The position numbers and the translations under genes are program-made. From a virus (Duplodnaviria > Heunggongvirae > Uroviricota > Caudoviricetes), in IMG/VR virus record IMGVR_UViG_3300048938_000061: a stretch of DNA of 64,000 nt; one strand, given 5' to 3'. Under the pieces are notes generated by a model. That model was not told the DNA's origin, ran no database searches, and saw only the letters and a program-made list of their open reading frames with translations. Shown here piece after piece: positions 56,926-64,000 of this stretch (the stretch's first letter is position 1; each line of letters opens with the position of its first letter).

Positions 56926-57966
56926 TCACATCGATGGCGCAGATGACAGCGCGGTTTCGTTCGCGACCAACATGTCGAGATCCGCGAGCATCTGCGGGTA
57001 ATAGTCCCTGCCCGCTATTTCAATGCCGACGTTATCACGTTGCAAATTCTCAATTGCATCCATTATGCTATCTTTCGCAGCAATAAGCCTCCCAAAGTCT
57101 CTTGCGGGCATACGCGCCATATTAATCGCAGCGTGATTAAGTGTTTCACTTTTAAATGTCTCAGGAATGCCGGGTACATATATAGGACGTCCCTGTAAAA
57201 GTGCATATCTCACCGCGTGCATTGAACCACTTTCCATATCCCCTTGCATAAAGAATGTTGCAGCGGAAACGCCAGTCTGAATGCGGTTCCTGCGTATTAG
57301 TGAAGACGGGTCATGTTCTTTACCCAACGACTGCTCGGTTATCACGACGCCACCGCTTTGAACTATGCGCTCTACAAGGGAAAACGCGGAGTCAGATGAA
57401 TACACATCAATGCCAGAGCCAATGATCGCGGCTGTAGGTGATTTAACGTCGAGAGCAATGTTATGAGCAATGGAATCTACACCACGCGCAAGACCTGAAA
57501 CGATAGTCCAGCCGTCCTCTGCTAAAGTAGCGGTAACTCGCCGAGAGACGGCCGCACCGAACTCCGTAGGACTGCGTGTACCTATACAGGCCACAGAACG
57601 ATCCAGTAGGTTCATATCACCACTGGTGTAAATCACGAGAGGTGCGTCGGGTGATGATGCAAGGCGCTTAGGATAACCGTCGTCATATATGCTGAATATG
57701 ACTGCGCCCATTTCACGGGCATCAAATAATTCGCCTTCCGCGTTGTCTATTGCCTGAAGAACGGCATCCCGTCCTTCTAAAAGAATTCGTCGAACGGGTG
57801 CTGTGGCTACACCCTTCAGGATTTCTTCAGTCGAATTAACAACGTCACCCAAGGTTTCGAATTTATCGAGAATTTTGTTCATCGTTGTCGGGCCAAGGCC
57901 TTTAATACCCAGTAGCGTCTTAATGCCCAACGCAGATTTAAGCTGTATGTCATCCATACCCAACAT
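56926..57966 (-). CDS. dprA: DNA processing protein DprA/Smf
   Basis: 'ACIGTRSPTEFGAAVSRRVT...IVSGLARGVDSIAHNIALD...TAAIIGSGIDVYSSDSAF' Rossmann-like DprA core. Confidence 0.85.
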   Translation of the reverse strand: MLGMDDIQLKSALGIKTLLGIKGLGPTTMNKILDKFETLGDVVNSTEEILKGVATAPVRRILLEGRDAVLQAIDNAEGELFDAREMGAVIFSIYDDGYPKRLASSPDAPLVIYTSGDMNLLDRSVACIGTRSPTEFGAAVSRRVTATLAEDGWTIVSGLARGVDSIAHNIALDVKSPTAAIIGSGIDVYSSDSAFSLVERIVQSGGVVITEQSLGKEHDPSSLIRRNRIQTGVSAATFFMQGDMESGSMHAVRYALLQGRPIYVPGIPETFKSETLNHAAINMARMPARDFGRLIAAKDSIMDAIENLQRDNVGIEIAGRDYYPQMLADLDMLVANETALSSAPSM

Positions 57967-58119
57967 CCCATAGAATCATTTAACTAAAGATAACGTCCAA
58001 TGATGCATGTTCATAACATTAAATCGAAATTCGTTTTGCAACATCAAGTGACACTGACTAGCGCTAAAAGAAAAACGGGCAGAATATTTCTACCCGCTGA
58101 GCATGTTTAGGATTGATAT

Positions 58120-58500
58120 TTATCGAGCAGGTTTATTTTCTGAAAGTCTCAAAACACCTTTTATCAATCTATATATAAACCAAACTCCCGTAAAAATAAG
58201 TATGAAAAAACCCACTATGAAGAATGCTGTAACAGCTCCTATAAAAGACCAAAGAATAGTCCACCAAGCTGTAGAGATAAGGTAATTAAAGTGGGAGTTA
58301 TAAATTGTGCCTTCGGAATCATTCCGTTTCACATAGGCTACTATCATGCCGATTATGAAACCAAGCCCTCCTGTAAATATACTAATAATAAATGCAATAT
58401 ACGTAATCCAAGCCACTGTTTTAAGGCTGTCGGATTGTTCAATATTTTGCCCGCTATTCATTTGAAACTCCATTATGTATCGGCAATTATATTTATTCAC
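58120..58500 (-). CDS. small integral membrane protein (126 aa)
   Basis: Three hydrophobic helices ('AWITYIAFIISIFTGGLGFIIGMIVAYV', and so on). Confidence 0.5.
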   Translation of the reverse strand: MNKYNCRYIMEFQMNSGQNIEQSDSLKTVAWITYIAFIISIFTGGLGFIIGMIVAYVKRNDSEGTIYNSHFNYLISTAWWTILWSFIGAVTAFFIVGFFILIFTGVWFIYRLIKGVLRLSENKPAR

Positions 58501-58548
58501 TTCTTTAATCTGGCGGCAATGATTATTTATTGATATTTATTTTTTATC

Positions 58549-59379
58549 GTGTATTTTGCCCGCAAAAGGAACCGACAAATGACTGCACCAATTGCAAATA
58601 TGGAAAAGTACAACAAGGAAATGGTGAAATCGCTGGTCGACAAGATCGCTTTCATCGACAAGGTTGACGCCGAAGTTTTTGTCGATTTTGGCTGCGCAGA
58701 CGGCACCCTTCTTGGCTTCATCAAGAAGCTTTTCCCACAATACACTTTGATCGGTTACGACAACGATTCAGAAATGATCGAACGGGCGAAGACAAATCCT
58801 GAGAATGAAGGAATTGTCTTTACGACGGACTGGGCTGAGATCGAAGCCATCGTTAGTTCAGAGAAAAAACGCGGGCATCATGCCTGTGTTGTCCTGTCGT
58901 CCGTTATACATGAACTCCGCAGCTATCTTTCGGAACAGGAGATGGCTGACGTATGGAGCAAAATCTGGAGCGCTGGAACAAAGGAGAAGTTGTTCAGCTA
59001 TGTCGCTATCCGAGATATGATGGTCAGCCGGACTACCAGCCGCGCTGCAGACCCGATGCAGGTTGCCCGTATTCGCCAGCTATTCGACAAAGACAAGCTA
59101 AACCAATGGGAAGCAATTTGGGGTTCTATCAACGAAAATTGGAGCCTGACGCATTTCCTGTTAACGTATCGCTACACCCATTCTTGGGAACGTGAGGCTC
59201 GGGAAAACTATCTCCCTGTGAACTACGAAGATTTTATGGCGAGCATTCCAATTGATTATTTTCCGATTTTCATGGAACACTACACGCTTCCATTCCTGAG
59301 ACGTTGTGTGCAAAAGGATTTTGGTTTTGATCTGTCGGATCGCACTCACTTGAAGCTGGTTCTCGAACTTCGCAAATAA
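58549..59379 (+). CDS. class I SAM-dependent methyltransferase (small-molecule/unknown substrate)
   Basis: Motif I 'VFVDFGCADGTLL', with an acidic residue after the beta-2 strand ('GYDNDSEMI'). Confidence 0.7.
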   Translation: MYFARKRNRQMTAPIANMEKYNKEMVKSLVDKIAFIDKVDAEVFVDFGCADGTLLGFIKKLFPQYTLIGYDNDSEMIERAKTNPENEGIVFTTDWAEIEAIVSSEKKRGHHACVVLSSVIHELRSYLSEQEMADVWSKIWSAGTKEKLFSYVAIRDMMVSRTTSRAADPMQVARIRQLFDKDKLNQWEAIWGSINENWSLTHFLLTYRYTHSWEREARENYLPVNYEDFMASIPIDYFPIFMEHYTLPFLRRCVQKDFGFDLSDRTHLKLVLELRK

Positions 59380-59589
59380 CATAGATTACACCAGCCAAGC
59401 CACGATATAAAAAAAGGCAGCCTTTATACCAGCCCCTAACCGAAATGTTGAAGAACTGCTGTGTTCTGCATTATCTATTAAGCGGCTACTACCGTGACCT
59501 TACGATACCGAGATACCGAGATGCCGACTGTGACATCTCAGGTCACATCCTGCGCGCGACTAACGCGTTCTCTGCTGGAACATACCTGT

Positions 59590-59890
59590 CAAGAAGCCAC
59601 TCGACCCACGGGTAGGTACGGCTCCGTCCTTGACACTATATGCAAGCTTCTCATGCTTTTTGGCGTCCGCCAGTTCTTGGAAAACCGTATCGACCCTTTC
59701 CGAACCTGTCGGCAGGACGCTTGGTGGGACAAATTCGTCAATGATTCACTGAACCCAGTCTGAGGGGACTGGATGGCCAACTCCGAGGTGCTGGTCAATT
59801 TTTGCGAGTTTTCCTTCTCTGCTCAGATCCGCAAAGCCAGTTCTCATCGTTGACACCCTTTCTTCCAGTGTCGTTCTGAGCATATCTTAA
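59590..59890 (-). pseudogene. probable decayed gene remnant in GC-shifted, ORF-poor 1-kb region
   Basis: Only short broken frames, for example 'MLRTTLEERVSTMRTGFADLSREGKLAKIDQHLGVGHPVPSD*'. GC is visibly higher than the flanks. No intact ORF over 90 aa across 59380..60376. Confidence 0.3.
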
Positions 59891-60376
59891 GCTGCAGAAT
59901 GTTAGGTCAAAGACCTAATTTATCGGCCTGCCATGTTGGTTTCCACATATTAGTTAAGGCTGGACCCTTTAGAGATACGCTTTTGCATAGGTGTTTAGAC
60001 TCTCAAGGTGCTACGGTGACTGCCGTAGGCTCGCGTCAACAATGTTCCACCACCAAGAGAGTAATTAATATAAAAATCATTGGGCGTATGGCATCAAGGG
60101 GAGAATAAATGATAGTTAATTATCGGAGCATACTGAATGGGGAAATTCTCGGTTCAAGTATCAAATTTACGCCTGTATACCTTTAGACTGATCAATACAC
60201 TTAGCTCTCCAACTATTATCCCGAAAAATGACACCATGAGATTCGAAGGCCCTGGATTAATTCGAAAAAATAATAATTAATAATCACAAATAAGCATTAT
60301 CAACAAGCGATTTATATATTTATCTATTGCTATTTATTTATAATTTGTTTATTGAGGCAACATCAAAAGGAAAATA

Positions 60377-60568
60377 ATGATGTCCAATAAATCACAGAGA
60401 CTTACCACAGCGACTGCTTATTTAATTCGAGCAATGTTCTTGTCTGTAATGGTAGCTTCACCTGTTCTTCCTTTTGCAGCAACCCAAGCCTTCGGGCTCA
60501 TAGGATTGGATAACTCAGCTAAAAGTGCAGGCGCTGGTTTGGTTCTCTGGATGAGCTTGCAACGCTAA
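60377..60568 (+). CDS. small hydrophobic peptide (63 aa)
   Basis: ORF after a strongly AT-rich promoter-like region. TM-like 'AMFLSVMVASPVLPFAA'. Confidence 0.35.
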   Translation: MMSNKSQRLTTATAYLIRAMFLSVMVASPVLPFAATQAFGLIGLDNSAKSAGAGLVLWMSLQR

Positions 60569-60578
60569 ACAGCTTGCC

Positions 60579-61238
60579 TTGTGTCGGGACAACATTTATC
60601 AAGGGCTTCCAGAACGTGTTTCGGAGGCCCTTTTGCACGTAGGTGAAATGTATATCTGTGATGTGTTGCAACCCAAACTATTTAATGCGCTAGAGATTGT
60701 TGCTCTTCATATGCATGATCTTTTCAATAGGGACGGAAGGTTTATTCATGACATATCGAAGCAAAGCTGTGTTTTGTGTTCGCTGACCGTTCGTGATTTT
60801 CTCTTTTTAAATGGTTTCCGGGATGTTGAAGTTCGACCCGTATTTGTCGCGATACGCGCCATTGAAAATAACGCAGAGCTCTATTCACTTGGCATTGGCA
60901 ACCTTAATTTAAAGGCGGCACCCGACCCAAAACGATGGCATGGACACATGGTCGTGTATCTGCCTTCTGATGGGATCATAATAGACACCACTCTTTATCA
61001 AGCTAAGAGGTCCTATTGGAGCAAGCTGCCATCCATGATGGTCACTCAGTTTGACGACAGCCATGAACAATGGAATTTGCGATCAATAGCTTCTGTTATG
61101 GCTGAACAGGAGCAAAAATCTCTCATCATTCAATGGTTTGACCAGCCTATGAATAAAAATTGGAAGGACGGACCTGATACCTCAAAGCGGAGACGTGAAC
61201 CTATCGTGAAAGCCATGGCAAACCTGTTTAAAAATTGA
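60579..61238 (+). CDS. hypothetical protein (219 aa)
   Basis: Long ORF. Confidence 0.55.
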   Translation: MCRDNIYQGLPERVSEALLHVGEMYICDVLQPKLFNALEIVALHMHDLFNRDGRFIHDISKQSCVLCSLTVRDFLFLNGFRDVEVRPVFVAIRAIENNAELYSLGIGNLNLKAAPDPKRWHGHMVVYLPSDGIIIDTTLYQAKRSYWSKLPSMMVTQFDDSHEQWNLRSIASVMAEQEQKSLIIQWFDQPMNKNWKDGPDTSKRRREPIVKAMANLFKN

Positions 61239-61307
61239 TATTTGTCATAAGCTCAGTATTCAACCAATCTGTATCCAGTGATGTAACAATGAGATACGGA
61301 GAACGAA

Positions 61308-61931
61308 ATGGGTTGGGTTTTTGGAGCTAAACCAAACAATATTGGTGAATGGTTGCACAAGATTTATAGTCGGGAAACGAACGACACGAAACAGATCTGT
61401 CTTGACTACGCTATGGTCAACATGTCTGAGATTTATATCGCTGTTGAACAAACCGACAAGTATGGGATCAAAACCATAACCGCCGAAATCATGAGCATTA
61501 AGTTTGCAAACGAACGGGAAGACGGCTTCGTCTATCCACAAATGGGTTACAACGTATATGGAGAACAATGCGGAGTTCACCAGACCAGCTGTCCCAAGCG
61601 AATTTTGGATGTCCTAACACCCACTGACGACATAACATCGAATGAGTGGCGTGATAAGTGTCGCAAAAGACTGGAACACAGAGCCTCCGTATCCAAACTT
61701 CAAGACGGTGACTACATACAATTCTCCGAGAAGATACAATTCAATAACGGAGAGCAACGCGACACGTTTAAAATTAAAAGCTTCAACAAAAAGAAAATTC
61801 TTGTAGCCGTTTCTAACGATACAGGTGAAACACTTTTTCGTGCCCAAATAAAAAACTGGCGAGATATCGCCTTCAAGAAACTTGAAGAAGACGATCTCCC
61901 TTGGAAAGCAGTCAACAGGATGCGACCATGA
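61308..61931 (+). CDS. hypothetical protein (207 aa)
   Basis: Long ORF. Its stop overlaps the next gene start (ATGA at 61928..61931). Confidence 0.55.
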   Translation: MGWVFGAKPNNIGEWLHKIYSRETNDTKQICLDYAMVNMSEIYIAVEQTDKYGIKTITAEIMSIKFANEREDGFVYPQMGYNVYGEQCGVHQTSCPKRILDVLTPTDDITSNEWRDKCRKRLEHRASVSKLQDGDYIQFSEKIQFNNGEQRDTFKIKSFNKKKILVAVSNDTGETLFRAQIKNWRDIAFKKLEEDDLPWKAVNRMRP

Positions 61932-62470
61932 CAGTTCTGGGAAATATCGTCCTGAACTCCAACGAGCGCATCGTATTCCACACTACAAGTGCCAGTTTTG
62001 ATGCGTTTGACGAAGCCTACCTCGGCACTGGCGTGGACAACAACTCCGCGCTCGGTTTCTTTTTTTCGGACAATCCAGAAAACATAATCCTGTACACAGA
62101 CACAGATAGTCGTGTGCTAGTATCTGCTGTCCGCGTGGAGAAGCCATATGGTGAACTCTCCTATTACGAGTTGTTTGGCTATCAGGAAAACGGCGGCACG
62201 GTTACTTCCAAGGAGGACTTCGCATCGATGAGAGACAACCTCCTGATCCACGGATATGACTCCATTGAGTATGAAGACAATGAGGAAGCAATGCTGATAG
62301 CTCTTTCCGCATCTTCAATAAGGCCCCTCGCCTGGTTTTCAGTAGATCAGGCCACAGAGCTTGGCAAACAGATTGGAAGTTTAGCTGACCCGGAAGATGA
62401 CAAAGCACGCCTAGTCTGCCTTCAGACCGTCTTGTCAGGATTGAACACAGATACCCCTTATCTACGTTAG
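61928..62470 (+). CDS. hypothetical protein (about 180 aa)
   Basis: Translationally coupled to the upstream gene. Confidence 0.55.
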   Translation: MTVLGNIVLNSNERIVFHTTSASFDAFDEAYLGTGVDNNSALGFFFSDNPENIILYTDTDSRVLVSAVRVEKPYGELSYYELFGYQENGGTVTSKEDFASMRDNLLIHGYDSIEYEDNEEAMLIALSASSIRPLAWFSVDQATELGKQIGSLADPEDDKARLVCLQTVLSGLNTDTPYLR

Positions 62471-62889
62471 CGGCGATAGCCGCGAGAGAGGACACTATGG
62501 AGGCGCGTGTGGAGCGGCTCGGGACCGATAGTGATCATTTGCTCAGATAGACGTGCACTCGTATACCTCTGCCGTACAATTTTATCGGAGCAAGTCGTAA
62601 CGGGGTCAGGTAGACTAACTTCATATAAACTGTTCCCAACCTTCACGACGTATTGTTGCGCGACCTGATCAAATGTGATTGCATCTTCTTTCAAAGAGGG
62701 AACCTTTAAATTATTTCGGAAAATCTTATTCAATAGAAATTCATTGAAAAATCCTGATTGATCGCGTTGATATAAACAAGCCTCTCCCTTAATTAGAAAG
62801 GTATTCGCGCATCTACCTTTGACGCGACCAATTTCGCCGCGCTCAATACGTGGCAATTTTGCAGAAATATACATAACGAAATTCTCCAA
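62467..62889 (-). CDS. hypothetical protein (140 aa)
   Basis: ORF convergent with the previous gene, with a 4-nt stop/stop overlap. Confidence 0.45.
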   Translation of the reverse strand: MENFVMYISAKLPRIERGEIGRVKGRCANTFLIKGEACLYQRDQSGFFNEFLLNKIFRNNLKVPSLKEDAITFDQVAQQYVVKVGNSLYEVSLPDPVTTCSDKIVRQRYTSARLSEQMITIGPEPLHTRLHSVLSRGYRR

Positions 62890-62978
62890 AAATGATCCAT
62901 GAAATTACATTGGATAAATACGCTATTACCAGAAATATTCAAATAAATAATTGAGTGCTATTGTAAAATATTGACTTA

Positions 62979-63242
62979 TTAATATCGGCACAATTCGCCC
63001 TCGCCGCGCTGGTTAAGAGCTGCCATTATGTCATAAATACAAAACCCATCCACCTCATCAAGGCAGAATTCAGAGGCTTCAAACTGGATCCAAAGATTTA
63101 TAATATATTCAGTTGGGTGCTTTTCAAATATTTCACGAACACGGGACTGATAAGTATTTCTGCGATTTTCTTCAGCGCGCTCTTTTTTTATTCGCGCGCC
63201 TTCCGCCAACATCTTTACAAACTCTTCAATCACTTTTTCCAT
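62979..63242 (-). CDS. hypothetical protein (87 aa)
   Basis: Small ORF, Glu/Arg-rich. Confidence 0.35.
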   Translation of the reverse strand: MEKVIEEFVKMLAEGARIKKERAEENRRNTYQSRVREIFEKHPTEYIINLWIQFEASEFCLDEVDGFCIYDIMAALNQRGEGELCRY

Positions 63243-63284
63243 AAATATACCTGATTAATCATACTTCAAAGTACGATAATCGTT

Positions 63285-63992
63285 TTAGATGGAAAATACC
63301 ATGTCAACCTCTTCAGTTTCGTTATCAATTGGATTCAATGAGACTTCAGCACTGTAGCCTATATTTACATTCCCCAATTTCGACTGCATAAATTTTCTGA
63401 TGTCAAACTTAAGTTCATCTGCTTTTCCCATTGTAATTAAGGCCGTTTCAATAATTTCTTCCTTAATGCCCTCGGAGATTGCAATTTTTAGAATTGCTTC
63501 GTCATACGACATGTTGAAGCGTTCAATAGTCCGCCCAGTGAGCTTCCCATATATTTCTTTTTCCGGATACCAGAGAATAGCCTGCAAATCTGCCGCACTC
63601 ATCTCGTAACCATAGTTTTTTAGCTTTTGAATTGATTTTGTTACTACATTCCCAATCCATCTTCTCATAGTACCATTTTTAGGCATATCTACTGGCATAC
63701 CCAGTGACCCAACAATTGAATCAGCAGCACCTGGCCAACCTAACTTTGATTTAAACTCGGAAGCTTCGACATTTGATGGGCGTTCTTTTCTAGGGACCGA
63801 TAATGTTGCATAAGAATTGGAAATTTTACCTTCAACATACCGACGCCTAATCTTTTCCCAACCAAGTTTTAACTTGCGGCAATAATCTAAAAGAGCGGGT
63901 GCGTCCATTTCATCGATTTCACGACTTGTGCGAGCAAGACCTTCCTTTTCAAGAAGCCCCTTCATTCGCACGCTTTCCATGGATTTCTTCAT
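63285..63992 (-). CDS. hypothetical protein (235 aa)
   Basis: Long ORF near the window end. Confidence 0.55.
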   Translation of the reverse strand: MKKSMESVRMKGLLEKEGLARTSREIDEMDAPALLDYCRKLKLGWEKIRRRYVEGKISNSYATLSVPRKERPSNVEASEFKSKLGWPGAADSIVGSLGMPVDMPKNGTMRRWIGNVVTKSIQKLKNYGYEMSAADLQAILWYPEKEIYGKLTGRTIERFNMSYDEAILKIAISEGIKEEIIETALITMGKADELKFDIRKFMQSKLGNVNIGYSAEVSLNPIDNETEEVDMVFSI

Positions 63993-64000
63993 TCCTTTCA

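Noticed and set aside
1-64000. Prophage or integrative element
   Set aside because: No integrase, recombinase, terminase, capsid, portal or tail genes were recognisable, and no tRNA with flanking direct repeats was seen. Not supported by the sequence.

Overview
The window is a gene-dense bacterial chromosomal segment, coding on both strands. Its GC content is low to moderate (about 40-50% by eye). No rRNA, tRNA, CRISPR array, integrase, transposase or phage structural genes were recognised by manual inspection.

Recognisable housekeeping genes:
- addB then addA, a RecBCD-analogue helicase-nuclease. This gene order, together with RNase J, suggests an alphaproteobacterial host (inference).
- seryl-tRNA synthetase.
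- RNase J.
- DprA/Smf.
- a LemA plus M48/HtpX-like peptidase pair.
- a DsbB-like protein and an SPFH/band-7 protein.
- a class-I SAM methyltransferase.
- a CYTH-domain protein.
- a large lipoprotein-type autotransporter with an S8 subtilisin passenger domain.

More than half of the coding capacity is ORFans (genes with no family I recognise). The unusual content falls into four groups.

First, there are four metallophosphoesterases in 64 kb, as two paralogous pairs. Two are Icc/CpdA-like (659..1495 and 12484..13293). Two are PPP-type (43939..44901 and 49819..50604). Each sits next to a different ORFan 'cargo': a short RlmN/Cfr-like radical-SAM gene; an AAA+ ATPase-led cluster with two membrane proteins; and a tightly translationally coupled six-gene operon that includes a ParB/Srx-like 'DGHHR' protein and a 68-aa micro-ORF.

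Second, a MazG-like NTP-pyrophosphohydrolase fusion protein overlaps a SerRS-like catalytic-core-only paralogue.

Third, a four-gene operon on the minus strand encodes three coiled-coil proteins (the most upstream is TelA-like, which is tentative) and a coupled small membrane protein.

Fourth, there are smaller items: two tandem paralogous 711/750-aa effector-like proteins; an AbiEii-like nucleotidyltransferase module; a DUF4031-like pair; a membrane protein with two DnaJ-type CxxCxGxG zinc-finger domains; and a roughly 1-kb GC-shifted gene remnant.

The best candidates for an undescribed system are the PPP-phosphatase-led operon (47023..50604) and the AAA+ cluster (12484..18311). Both are hypotheses and need homology and structure searches I cannot run here.
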